Shown: one piece after another, positions 28,206 to 37,725 of the stretch
Layout of the letters: each line of letters opens with the position of its first letter
Numbering within the stretch: position 1 is the first letter of the stretch
Assembly: GCA_963817955.1 (NCBI GenBank)
Contig: CAWFQK010000007.1
Location: 64,001-128,000 of the forward strand
Direction of reading: 5' to 3'
DNA length: 64,000 nt
Source: an uncultured Gemmatimonadaceae bacterium
GTDB taxonomy: Bacteria > Gemmatimonadota > Gemmatimonadetes > Gemmatimonadales > Gemmatimonadaceae
Position numbers and translations under genes: made by a program
Notes under the pieces: model-generated
What the model was told of the DNA's origin: nothing
What the model saw: the letters and a program-made list of their open reading frames with translations, nothing else
The model's database searches: none

Positions 28206-29983
28206 ATGCGTATCAACACCAACGTCAGTGCTCTCACCGCACTCGGCAACCTGAACAAGGTTCAGGACAACGTCGCCAGTTCGATGCAGAAGCTCTCCTC
28301 GGGCTTCCGTATCAACAAGGCGGGTGACGACGCGGCCGGTCTCGGCATTTCGAACCAGATGGGCGCCGACATCAAGGCAATGACGCAGGCCTCGCGTAAC
28401 GCGGAGCAGGCGGGGTCGGTGCTCCAGATCATGGACGGCGCCACGTCAAACATCCAGACGATTCTCGAGCGCATGAAGGAATTGGCTGCGCAGTCGGCCT
28501 CGGACACGGTCGATGCCCCGGCACGCACGAAGATCAACAGCGAGTTCAGTTCGCTGAGCAGCGAGCTCGATCGTATCTCGGCCACCACGAAGTTCCAGGG
28601 CGCATCGTTACTCGACGGCACCTTCGGCAGCAAGACGACCAACCTCGGCACGGTGAAGTCGACTTCGACCTTGTTGACCTCCGCCAATATGACGACGCCG
28701 ACCGTTACGAGCGGAACTACCTTCGCCGGGATCACGGGCGACGTCACTGCATCGGTTGTCTTCAAGGACAATGCGCTTGACGCTTCATTCAAGACTTCGG
28801 ACGACTCCACGGTCACGCTCACGGCTGCCGATCAGACAAAAATCGACAAGATCGATGCCTCCGCTCCCATCAGCCTCGGGGTTGTGCAGGGCGACGCCAC
28901 TGCCACCGCAGATGCGACTGGCGAATCAAGTTCGTCGGACGCGATCCTGGGCGATGTCACCGTGTTGGACCAGTCCCTCACAAAGGCACTCAAGGCCGGA
29001 GCCTGGACCATCAGCACTGCCGCCAATGTCTGATGGTAGTCACCAAGGACATCACATTCACCAACGGCTCTGACACATTGACGGCGACAGGCGTTGCTGA
29101 TGACGCGTCCGCAATCCAGACCGATGGCGGCGAATTCAGCATCGCGCTCAGCGGAACAGTCAAGCAGGCTGATCTGGCGAACCTGGATGGCGCGACCGTC
29201 AACCTCACCCAGAACTACACGATCAGCGCTACCGGCGGCGGCGTGTCTGGCGGTGACTCCGCAGGCTATCGTCGATGACGGTTCGACGCCAACGACTGTC
29301 GACTTCAGCGGTACCTACGGCTTCTCGTTCACGTAGACGCCGGCACCGCGAGCACCTTCGACGGCCAAGGGATCGGCGTGACCAAGGAGAGCGTGCTCAA
29401 GCTCACGGCCGGCTCGACGAGCCAGACGAGTACGACCGTCCTCAGTAATGATGGGGCGAGCCAGACCTGGCCTTCTCGACGTTCGGGCCTTCCATCACGA
29501 CCGGTGATAGTGCGACCGCCGCAAATCTCACGACGGACTTCGCTGCCAACAAGAATGTCATCAAAGCACGACACCGCTCAGAGCGCACAGTTCCTGGTGA
29601 GCTCCTCGCAGAGCTACACACAGAACGATTTGATCAGCATCGACGCGATCAATCTCACCGTCGCGAAGCTGGGTTTGAGCAATGTCGACCTGACCACGGC
29701 GGCGGGCGCGCAGACCGCTCTCTCGACGATCGACAGCGCGATCAACGATGTTGGCACGGCGCTCGGATCCATCGGTGCGGCTGAAAACCGGGTGACGTAC
29801 GCGGACACGAACGTCAAGACGACGATCCAGAACCTCACGGCGGCGCAGTCGGCCATCAAGGACGTCGATATGGCGCAGGAGATGACGACCTTCTCCAAGA
29901 ACCAGATTCTGTCGCAGGCTAGCACCGCGATGCTGGCGCAGGCGAACCAGCTCGGCCAGAGTGTCCTCAAGCTGCTCCAGTAA
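28206..29983 (+). pseudogene. fliC: Flagellin 1, frameshifted (pseudogene or local sequence error)
   Basis: Intact flagellin N- and C-termini. Pieces homologous to flagellin 2 switch frame near 29030, 29261, 29331, 29468 and 29566. Confidence 0.8.
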
Positions 29984-30007
29984 ACTGAGCTTGCTCGGGG
30001 AAACTCC

Positions 30008-30040
30008 TGAAGGCGGAGGGCAAGGTGCCCTCCGCCTTCA
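30008..30040 (+). terminator. Stem-loop after flagellin 1
   Basis: 15-bp perfect inverted repeat TGAAGGCGGAGGGCA/TGCCCTCCGCCTTCA; no U-tract. Confidence 0.6.
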
Positions 30041-30089
30041 AAGGCTAAGGGCGTCGCGAAGGTTGCGGCGCCCCGCTGCATTTCGGGAC

Positions 30090-30116
30090 TAAAGTTCCCG
30101 AACCCCGCGCCGATAT
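30090..30116 (+). promoter_or_regulatory. sigma28 promoter of flagellin 2
   Basis: TAAA-N15-GCCGATAT. Confidence 0.85.
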
Positions 30117-30157
30117 GAATGACCAGCGGTGAACACGCGGATGCGGCCCGCCGATCA

Positions 30158-30195
30158 GGAGCACGGATGCTCCGAGAATAAATTCATGGAGGAAT
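30158..30195 (+). promoter_or_regulatory. Two CsrA-type ANGGA-loop hairpins in the flagellin 2 leader
   Basis: GGAGC-ACGGAT-GCTCC and ATTC-ATGGAG-GAAT. Confidence 0.7.
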
Positions 30196-30201
30196 GCCGC
30201 A

Positions 30202-32004
30202 ATGCGTATCAACACGAACGTCAGCGCCCTCACCGCACTCGGCAACCTGAACAAGGTTCAGGACAACGTCGCCAGTTCGATGCAGAAGCTCTCCTCGGGC
30301 TTCCGTATCAACAAGGCGGGTGACGACGCTGCCGGTCTCGGCATTTCGAACCAGATGGGTGCCGACATCAAGGCAATGACACAGGCCTCGCGTAACGCGG
30401 AGCAGGCGGGTTCGGTGCTCCAGATCATGGACGGCGCGACCTCGAACATCCAGACGATTCTCGAGCGCATGAAGGAATTGGCTGCGCAGTCGGCCTCGGA
30501 CACGGTCGATGCCCCGGCACGCACGAAGATCAACAGCGAGTTCAGCTCGCTGAGCAGCGAGCTCGATCGCATCTCGGCCACGACGAAGTTCCAGGGGGCC
30601 TCGCTGCTCGACGGCACCTTCGGCAGCAAGACGACCAACCTGGGCACTGTCGATGCCGACTCCACGCTGACAGCGGCGCCGAGCACCACACACGTGGCGT
30701 CCGCGGTGGCCGTATCCGATGCGGACAAATCGAAGTTCGCGGGGATCGCGGGCGACATCACGGCGACGGTTGTCAAGAAGGACAACACGCTTGGGACCCT
30801 GACCAACGGCGACGGCGACCCGATCGACGTTCCTTTGGTGACCTCCAGCGATTTGAGCGCCAAGATCAACTCGCTCGATGCGTCCAAAGCCATCGGTCTC
30901 ACGGTCGTCTGGGACGGTTACACCGGCACCACGGATGCCGGCACATCAACGCCGGGGGGTGCCACACTGGGCTCCGTCTCGGTAGGCTCGGATGGCCTCG
31001 CACCTGTCGGCAAATGGTCCGTCTCGGACGTTAAAGACAACGCGGATGATAATTCAAAGTCGGACATAACATTCTTCGACGGCAACATAAGCTATTGGAC
31101 GGTTACGGGCGTAGCTGACAACGCCACGTCTATCACCCTCGACACTACCTCCACCGTAATCTCCCTCGACGGCACATTCGCCAACCACGCCGATGTAAAG
31201 AGTCTCATTGGCGCGAACCTCGACGTCGCCCGGAACTACACCATCAGTGCTTCCGGCGGCGGTGTGGACGGTGGTGCCTCCCAGGCTATCGTCGAAGACG
31301 GCACCACGGATTCAACGAATGTTGACTTCACCGGTAGCTACGGCTTCTCGTTCGACGTGGCTACCGGCACCGCGTTCGCCGTCGACGGTGCGAGCGTCGG
31401 ATTAAAGGAGAATGATCAACTCGTGCTCACCGCGGGGACCGACACCGCGTCGGCAGACATCTCCAATACGGCAGCCGGGGCGCAGAATTTCGATTTCACG
31501 AACAAATTCGGCCTGACCATAACGTCCACGCCGGACGTCACAGGTGCCGACCTCAAGACGGGCATCGGGGACGGAAAGACCATCACTCACGACACCAGCA
31601 AGCAGGCACAGTTCCTGGTGAGCTCCTCGCAGAGCTACGCACAGAACGATTTGATCAGCATCGACGCGATCAATCTCACCGTCGCGAAGCTGGGTTTGAG
31701 CAATGTCGACCTGACCACGGCGGCGGGCGCGCAGACCGCTCTCTCGACGATCGACAGCGCGATCAACGATGTTGGCACGGCGCTCGGATCCATCGGTGCG
31801 GCTGAAAACCGGGTGACGTACGCGGACACGAACGTCAAGACGACGATCCAGAACCTCACGGCGGCGCAGTCGGCCATCAAGGACGTCGATATGGCGCAGG
31901 AGATGACGACCTTCTCCAAGAACCAGATTCTGTCGCAGGCTAGCACCGCGATGCTGGCGCAGGCGAACCAGCTCGGCCAGAGTGTCCTCAAGCTGCTCCA
32001 GTAA
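30202..32004 (+). CDS. fliC: Flagellin 2 (600 aa, intact)
   Basis: MRINTNVSAL...LSSGFRINKAGDDAAGL at the N-terminus; IKDVDMAQEM...AQANQLGQSVLKLLQ at the C-terminus. Confidence 0.97.
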   Translation: MRINTNVSALTALGNLNKVQDNVASSMQKLSSGFRINKAGDDAAGLGISNQMGADIKAMTQASRNAEQAGSVLQIMDGATSNIQTILERMKELAAQSASDTVDAPARTKINSEFSSLSSELDRISATTKFQGASLLDGTFGSKTTNLGTVDADSTLTAAPSTTHVASAVAVSDADKSKFAGIAGDITATVVKKDNTLGTLTNGDGDPIDVPLVTSSDLSAKINSLDASKAIGLTVVWDGYTGTTDAGTSTPGGATLGSVSVGSDGLAPVGKWSVSDVKDNADDNSKSDITFFDGNISYWTVTGVADNATSITLDTTSTVISLDGTFANHADVKSLIGANLDVARNYTISASGGGVDGGASQAIVEDGTTDSTNVDFTGSYGFSFDVATGTAFAVDGASVGLKENDQLVLTAGTDTASADISNTAAGAQNFDFTNKFGLTITSTPDVTGADLKTGIGDGKTITHDTSKQAQFLVSSSQSYAQNDLISIDAINLTVAKLGLSNVDLTTAAGAQTALSTIDSAINDVGTALGSIGAAENRVTYADTNVKTTIQNLTAAQSAIKDVDMAQEMTTFSKNQILSQASTAMLAQANQLGQSVLKLLQ

Positions 32005-32022
32005 ACTGAGCTTGCTCGGGGA

Positions 32023-32067
32023 AACTCCTGAAGGCGGAGGGCAACTTGCCCTCCGCCTTCAGGAGTT
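32023..32067 (+). terminator. 22-bp inverted repeat after flagellin 2
   Basis: AACTCCTGAAGGCGGAGGGCAA-C-TTGCCCTCCGCCTTCAGGAGTT. Confidence 0.65.
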
Positions 32068-32085
32068 CGAGCGATCTGCCGATAC
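32059..32085 (+). promoter_or_regulatory. sigma28 promoter upstream of fliD
   Basis: TCAG-N15-GCCGATAC; the -35 element lies in the hairpin's right arm. Confidence 0.6.
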
Positions 32086-32123
32086 TCTGAAACGGGTATT
32101 GGCCATCGCATGAGGAAGGCGCA

Positions 32124-34853
32124 ATGACAGCTCCGATCACCAGCATTCAGGGCCTGAGCAGCGGCATCAAGTGGCAGGACCTGGTCGACCAGCTCATTGC
32201 AGTCGACACGACGCAGCAGTTGACACCGGTCACCGATCAGTCGACCGCGAAGACGGCGACCATGAAAGCATGGTCGTCGTATGGTACGGCGGTGTCCACA
32301 GTGCTCACGACCGTCAAAGGACTGGCCGACGGCACTGCGTTCGGCGCGGTCGGCGTCACGGCGCCCAACAGCTCCATGACGAGTCGAACGTTGCTCACCG
32401 CGACGGCGACCGCGACCGCCACACCCGGTTCATATGGCGTGCAGGTCCTCAGTACCGCTGCCGCGCAGAAGCTCAGCGGAAACGTCGTATCCGACGCCAC
32501 CGCGGCGGTTGGTGTCAGCGGACAGTTCATCGTTGGCGGCCAGCTCGTCACGATTGCCAATGGAGACTCGCTCAATGGCATCCGCGACAAGATCAACGCA
32601 CTGAACGCCGGCACCACGGCAACACATGTGTCGGCCTCGGTTCTTCAATTGGGTGGATCGTCATCGCGTCTCGTGCTGACGAGCGACACGGGTGGCGCCT
32701 CCGGCATCGATCTGCGTGACGTGCGCGCCTCGTCCGGGGCTCCGACCTTGCTCACGCAACTCGGCTTCATTGATGGGCACACGACGAACGTCGGGAGCGA
32801 TGGGGCGGCGCGAAGCGCTGCGTTCGTCAGCTCGACAACAACCGTGGCGCTCCAAACACCCGGAGCGGTCGCCTATCCTGCCGCCACGACCATCAACGTC
32901 AACGGGAGCGCGGTTTCCGTCGACGTGCAGCATCAGAGTCTCGCCGACATCGCCGCCAGCATCAACGCGGCGCAGCCGAATACCGCGGTGGTCGAGACAG
33001 TAACCAATGGCGGCACGACGACGTATAACCTGAAGATTTCCGGCGCCGTTTCCGCGACGTCAGATACGGCGTCCCAACCCACGCTCGACCTGCTCGGCCT
33101 TTCGCGCGGCACCACGGGAGTGGTCAAGCAGCAGCTCGCGACGTCGAACGTGCTCCAGGACGGCACGGGAAGCACGGCCACTGGGTCGACGACGCTCCTC
33201 GGCCTCCAAGTGGCCGGGGGTGTGGGCGCGCAGATTGGCGATACGTTTACGTTCGCTGGTACCAAGGCGGACGGTGTCACGCCGGTGTCGCTCACGGAGA
33301 CAGTTGACGGGTCAAAGACGATCGCCAACATGCTCACCGACCTGACTGCGGCCTTCAGCTCCACCGACCGCCACGTGACCGCAGCGCTCGTGGGAGGAAA
33401 GATCCAACTGACCGACGATGCGGGCGGCGATTCCGGCCTCTCGTTTTCTGCGTCGGCCAACAACGAAAGCGGCGTGGCCGACCCGGTACTCGGTGCGAAT
33501 GTGAGTTTCGGCAGCGTCACCACGACCGCCATCGGTCGCCAGCGCGAGCTCGTGCAGGGAAACGACGCGCGCATCCTGGTGAACGGCATTTCTGTGACGC
33601 GGTCGAGTAACACCATCACCGACGCGATTGCTGGCGTTACGCTCAATCTGCAGCAGGCCGAGGTGGGCACGACGATCCCTGTGACCGTGTCGAGTGACAC
33701 CAGCGGGGCGGTGTCAGCCATCCAGAACTTTGCGTCCGCCTACAACGCGCTGCAAACCTTCGTCTCATCGTCCATCGCCCCCGGTGGCGCGTTGGCCTTC
33801 GATACGGGCGTGCGTTCGACCTTCGACACGATCAAGAACACCCTGCTCAGCGGCGTCACGGGTCTTCCCGCCGGAAGTGCGTACGACAACGCGGCCTTGG
33901 TCGGCGTCTCCCTCGACAAGACCGGCCAACTCCAGGTCGATGCCACAGTGCTCGGCGCGGCCTTGGCGAACAGCCCGAATGCAGTGAAGTCGCTGTTCCA
34001 GACGAACGGCGTCGTAGCCGCCGCCAACTTCAGCTACCTGGGCTCGAGCGACAAGACCGCCGCCGGCTCGTACGATATCAATATCACGCGCGCGGCCACG
34101 ACCGGCTCGGTCGTCAGCACCGCCGCCAGTTTCGTCTACGCCGACGGCGGCACGCCAGATACGTTGACGATCGGCGACTCGACGTCCGGGAAGTCCGGAT
34201 CGGTCACGCTTGCGAGCGGCGATACACCCGACAGCGTCGCCACGAAGTTGAACACGCTGTTTCAGGCCCAGGGCATCCGGTTGAGCGCGTCGAACGTCGC
34301 CGGCCATCTCACGGTAAACGGGCTTGACTACGGGAGTACACCCTCATTCACGATCGGGTACACGTCGACGGACGGGACGAACGTTGCCGGGCAGCTTGGC
34401 ATTTCCGCTGGAACCGTGCGCAATGGATCGGATGTGCAAGGCACGTTCTCGAGTGGCGCCACGACCTATGCCGCGACCGGCAAGGGGCAGCTTCTCACAG
34501 GCGGGATCGGCCTGCCGGTTGAAGGGCTCATCGCGAGCTACACAGGTTCCGCCGATGTTGCGACGAGCCACATGGACTTCGCCGTCGGGATTGCCGGGCT
34601 CGCGGCCAGGGTCGCGAACCAAGTCACTGCGTCGGATGGAACCGTTGCGACGGAAACAGCGGCGCTCCAGTCGAGCATTGCCGACCTCACGACTCGCGCA
34701 ACCAGTGTCCAGGCGCGGCTCGACCAGACAAAGACGGCGCTCCTCGCACAGTTCACGGCAATGGAGACCGCACTGGCACAGATCCAGGCACAAGGGACCT
34801 GGCTCACGCAACAGATCAATGTGATGAACGGTGTTAACTCCACAGGCGGTTGA
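32124..34853 (+). CDS. fliD: Flagellar filament cap protein FliD (large, 909 aa)
   Basis: GLSSGIKWQDLVDQLI at the N-terminus, SNTITDAIAGVTLNL, C-terminal LLAQFTAMETALAQI. Confidence 0.93.
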   Translation: MTAPITSIQGLSSGIKWQDLVDQLIAVDTTQQLTPVTDQSTAKTATMKAWSSYGTAVSTVLTTVKGLADGTAFGAVGVTAPNSSMTSRTLLTATATATATPGSYGVQVLSTAAAQKLSGNVVSDATAAVGVSGQFIVGGQLVTIANGDSLNGIRDKINALNAGTTATHVSASVLQLGGSSSRLVLTSDTGGASGIDLRDVRASSGAPTLLTQLGFIDGHTTNVGSDGAARSAAFVSSTTTVALQTPGAVAYPAATTINVNGSAVSVDVQHQSLADIAASINAAQPNTAVVETVTNGGTTTYNLKISGAVSATSDTASQPTLDLLGLSRGTTGVVKQQLATSNVLQDGTGSTATGSTTLLGLQVAGGVGAQIGDTFTFAGTKADGVTPVSLTETVDGSKTIANMLTDLTAAFSSTDRHVTAALVGGKIQLTDDAGGDSGLSFSASANNESGVADPVLGANVSFGSVTTTAIGRQRELVQGNDARILVNGISVTRSSNTITDAIAGVTLNLQQAEVGTTIPVTVSSDTSGAVSAIQNFASAYNALQTFVSSSIAPGGALAFDTGVRSTFDTIKNTLLSGVTGLPAGSAYDNAALVGVSLDKTGQLQVDATVLGAALANSPNAVKSLFQTNGVVAAANFSYLGSSDKTAAGSYDINITRAATTGSVVSTAASFVYADGGTPDTLTIGDSTSGKSGSVTLASGDTPDSVATKLNTLFQAQGIRLSASNVAGHLTVNGLDYGSTPSFTIGYTSTDGTNVAGQLGISAGTVRNGSDVQGTFSSGATTYAATGKGQLLTGGIGLPVEGLIASYTGSADVATSHMDFAVGIAGLAARVANQVTASDGTVATETAALQSSIADLTTRATSVQARLDQTKTALLAQFTAMETALAQIQAQGTWLTQQINVMNGVNSTGG

Positions 34854-34861
34854 GCCGATAG
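34835..34861 (+). promoter_or_regulatory. Possible sigma28 promoter for fliS
   Basis: TAAC-N15-GCCGATAG spanning the fliD stop. Confidence 0.45.
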
Positions 34862-34869
34862 TTAGGCGC

Positions 34870-35274
34870 ATGAGCTACTCAAACGCCTCCCGTGCGGCAA
34901 CAGCATATCGCCAGCGCGAAGTGCTTGCCGCGAGCCCCGCCCGCATGGTCGTCATGGTGTACGACCATACCCTGTCCAATCTTATGCGCGCCGCGGCCGC
35001 GGCAGATCCGGCCAAGCTCGAAATCAGGCTCGAGGCGCTGACGCGCGCTCGCGCCGGCATCATGGAATTATTCACTACGGTCGACACCGATAAAGGCGGC
35101 GAACTCGGAAACAATCTCCGCGGGCTATACGGCTTTGTCTTTACCCAACTCATGGACGAAGCCCGGAATCCCAATCCGACGCGTCTCAAGCGGTTGACCG
35201 CAATTGTCGCCGACCTGCGCGACGCATTCGCCACCATCGCCACGGACGGCGCGGCCCGGGTTTCGGCCGCGTAG
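34870..35274 (+). CDS. fliS: Flagellin chaperone FliS
   Basis: AYRQREVLAASPARMVVMVYD...GGELGNNLRGLY. Confidence 0.92.
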   Translation: MSYSNASRAATAYRQREVLAASPARMVVMVYDHTLSNLMRAAAAADPAKLEIRLEALTRARAGIMELFTTVDTDKGGELGNNLRGLYGFVFTQLMDEARNPNPTRLKRLTAIVADLRDAFATIATDGAARVSAA

Positions 35275-35711
35275 TGTCCATGCATACCGCCAGCGCCATC
35301 GCCCTGCACGTAGAAGCCGCCAAGCGGCTCCTCGTGGAAATCGAGGAGCACGCCGCGTCGGCGCTCTTTGCGCTCGGTCGGGAGAACGGAACGGAATTCT
35401 TCGCTGCCGTCAACGAGCGCGAGCAGGTTCTGGCGCAACTCGATGAAGTGGTCGAAGCGCTGGCGCACGAGCGTGCTTCGGGCGGGCAGGGCGACGAGCC
35501 CGATGCCGCGACGGCCGTTCTGCTGGCGGAAATGGCCCAAGCCGCAGCAGCCGCCCTGGAATCGCACGAGCAGTTGCTGGCACAAACGCGGCGTGAGCGT
35601 GACCGGTTGGCCTCGGCGCTGAACCGGTCGACGCGTCCGGATTCAGTCGCGAACCACTACGCCGCGGCGGTCATCAGTTCCCGACCGCGAACATTTTCGG
35701 CTACCGGCTGA
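35274..35711 (+). CDS. FliT/FlgN-like helical chaperone (hypothetical)
   Basis: All-helical 145 aa, coupled to fliS in the usual fliT position. Confidence 0.6.
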   Translation: MSMHTASAIALHVEAAKRLLVEIEEHAASALFALGRENGTEFFAAVNEREQVLAQLDEVVEALAHERASGGQGDEPDAATAVLLAEMAQAAAAALESHEQLLAQTRRERDRLASALNRSTRPDSVANHYAAAVISSRPRTFSATG

Positions 35712-35717
35712 TCCGCA

Positions 35718-36125
35718 ATGGTAGAGCCTCTCCTGCCACTCGACGGCGCTGGCAATGCAACGCCGATTCTACCGATCCCAGGGTCTGACCCGGCCATAAA
35801 TGCCGTGGCGGAGCCGACTATTCCGGAGCAGTACGAGCTGCTCCTGAGCAAGCTGGTGCGCGCCGAACGGGATTTGGAAGTGGACGGAGTGGTGGGCGGC
35901 CGCAGTAGCCACCTGGAAGAGGCGTCAGGTATCGTTTTCGATCTGTTGTACAGCCTTGACTACAAGCACGGGGGCGAGCTGGTGCCCCGGTTGGCGGCGC
36001 TTTACGGCTATATCGCCAATGAGCTTCTGAACGTGGGGCGCACCGGTGATCGCCTCCAATTGAGCCATTTAAGAGACATGGTCACGACACTGCGGCAGTC
36101 TTGGTTAGGTCAGGATGCAGCATAG
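35718..36125 (+). CDS. Second, divergent FliS-like protein
   Basis: IVFDLLYSLDYKHGGELVPRLAALYGYI...LRQSW resembles the FliS core. Confidence 0.7.
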   Translation: MVEPLLPLDGAGNATPILPIPGSDPAINAVAEPTIPEQYELLLSKLVRAERDLEVDGVVGGRSSHLEEASGIVFDLLYSLDYKHGGELVPRLAALYGYIANELLNVGRTGDRLQLSHLRDMVTTLRQSWLGQDAA

Positions 36126-36191
36126 CAGTTGGAAACAGCTGTTTGTGCCGATCGCCGTGTCGATCGGGTTCTGGGCCGAAAATTTCGGCGT

Positions 36192-36218
36192 TAAAGTTCC
36201 AGTCCACTTGGTCGATAC
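36192..36218 (+). promoter_or_regulatory. sigma28 promoter upstream of flgM and the che genes
   Basis: TAAA-N15-GTCGATAC. Confidence 0.75.
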
Positions 36219-36236
36219 TCTGCGTCGGAGGGAATA

Positions 36237-36548
36237 ATGCACATCAATCCGAAGAACACCGGGCCCATCCGCCCGGAGACAACCCGCACTTCGCAGCCCA
36301 CCAACGGATCGGAGCGTGTTCCGATCTCGCCAACGCCCGCGCTGCCATCGAGTGCCGACCGGACTGACCGCGTCGAGATCTCGAATGCCGGCCGAGCGTT
36401 AGCGGCCCGGAACGGAAGTGTGGATTCGGCTAGCCTGGACCCCGCTCGGGCAGCAGCCATTCGCGGGCGCATTCTCAGCGGAGCGTACGATACGGTGCAG
36501 GTAGTCGACGCAGTCGCGCGCCGGCTCCTCGACTCCGGGGATCTCTAG
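36237..36548 (+). CDS. flgM: Anti-sigma28 factor FlgM
   Basis: DRVEIS..GR and RAAAIRGRILSGAY...VARRLL. Confidence 0.8.
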   Translation: MHINPKNTGPIRPETTRTSQPTNGSERVPISPTPALPSSADRTDRVEISNAGRALAARNGSVDSASLDPARAAAIRGRILSGAYDTVQVVDAVARRLLDSGDL

Positions 36549-36581
36549 TCTTCACCGTTTCACTCACGGACAGCCCCTCCC

Positions 36582-36959
36582 ATGAAGTTCCTCGTCGTGG
36601 ACGATTCCGTCACCATGCGCCGCATCATGGTCAATTCGCTTCAGCGCATTGGATATACCGAGATCGTGGAAGCGAGTGATGGTCAGGAAGCGCTCACGCG
36701 ATTTGACGCGAGCATCGGGTTCATCATCACTGACTGGAACATGCCGAACATGACGGGGCTGGAGTTTGCGAGGGCCCTCCGAGCGAGCGACAATGGTCGC
36801 ACCGTTCCGATTCTCATGGTGACCACCCGTGGCGCACGCGAGGACATCGTGAGTGCCGTGGAGGCCGGGGTCAATAACTACGTTCTCAAACCTTTCACGC
36901 CCCCGGTGCTCAAAGAGAAGATTGATTCGCTTCTCGCGACGCTTGGCGCGGCGGCCTAG
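36582..36959 (+). CDS. cheY: Chemotaxis response regulator CheY
   Basis: VDDS, TDWNMPNMTG, YVLKPF. Confidence 0.92.
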   Translation: MKFLVVDDSVTMRRIMVNSLQRIGYTEIVEASDGQEALTRFDASIGFIITDWNMPNMTGLEFARALRASDNGRTVPILMVTTRGAREDIVSAVEAGVNNYVLKPFTPPVLKEKIDSLLATLGAAA

Positions 36960-36967
36960 GAATACGT

Positions 36968-37675
36968 ATGCGACCGTCCGACGAACTCCTATACGATTCC
37001 GAGGCGTCGTTGCGCCTCGTGGACCATGCCATTGAGGAACTGAACGCCTCAGGCGCCGACCTCGATCGTGACGAGCACGCCTTTATCGCGCAAGTGTCTA
37101 ATCAACCGGGCGGTTTTCTGGATTTGTCGAAGACGCTGCTCCGCGCCTACACGGAGAGCGTTGGCATCGTGGCACGCATGCGCGAGACGCAGTGTGTGCT
37201 CGAGACCGCGACGATGGAAAATCTGGGCCAGATGCATGGCAAGCTCTCGGAGGTGTCGTCGGCCACAGAAATCGCTACGACCGACATCCTCAACGGGTTG
37301 GGTCGCGGCGTCGAGTTAGTCGAGCGTATCAAGGAGCTCGAGGGCGGCGCTGCCGGCGATCGCGACGAGCTATTGGCCAGCCTGCGCGAGGAGTTGTACG
37401 GCGTGATGGTGCACCTCCAGTTTCAGGACATCACGGCGCAGCAGCTCCAGCATATCGCGGCGTTGCTCGCGGAGATGAAAGAGCGTCTTTCGGACCTCGC
37501 GCACATTTTCGCGCCGTACGCCGTGAAGACGGCCCAAGTGCCCCAGATGCCCCAAACGGCCCGTGAGGTTCCCGCTGGCGCCTTCGATCCGCACGCCACC
37601 ACAAGCCATGCATCCGCGCGCCAGGCGATTGCCGATGAGGTCTTCGCGGTCCAATCGGTGCGCAAGACAGCCTAG
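36968..37675 (+). CDS. cheZ: CheZ-like phosphatase
   Basis: Upstream ATEIATTDIL and LQFQDITAQQ with the DxxxQ motif; between cheY and cheA. Confidence 0.7.
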   Translation: MRPSDELLYDSEASLRLVDHAIEELNASGADLDRDEHAFIAQVSNQPGGFLDLSKTLLRAYTESVGIVARMRETQCVLETATMENLGQMHGKLSEVSSATEIATTDILNGLGRGVELVERIKELEGGAAGDRDELLASLREELYGVMVHLQFQDITAQQLQHIAALLAEMKERLSDLAHIFAPYAVKTAQVPQMPQTAREVPAGAFDPHATTSHASARQAIADEVFAVQSVRKTA

Positions 37676-37725
37676 CCGGCGCGTCGCGCCGGACCCGTAC
37701 CTTCACCGCTCGAGGCAGTTCGAAC

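Noticed and set aside
29033..29983. Three separate small genes after a 275-aa flagellin
   Set aside because: All are consecutive frameshifted pieces of one flagellin, collinear with flagellin 2.
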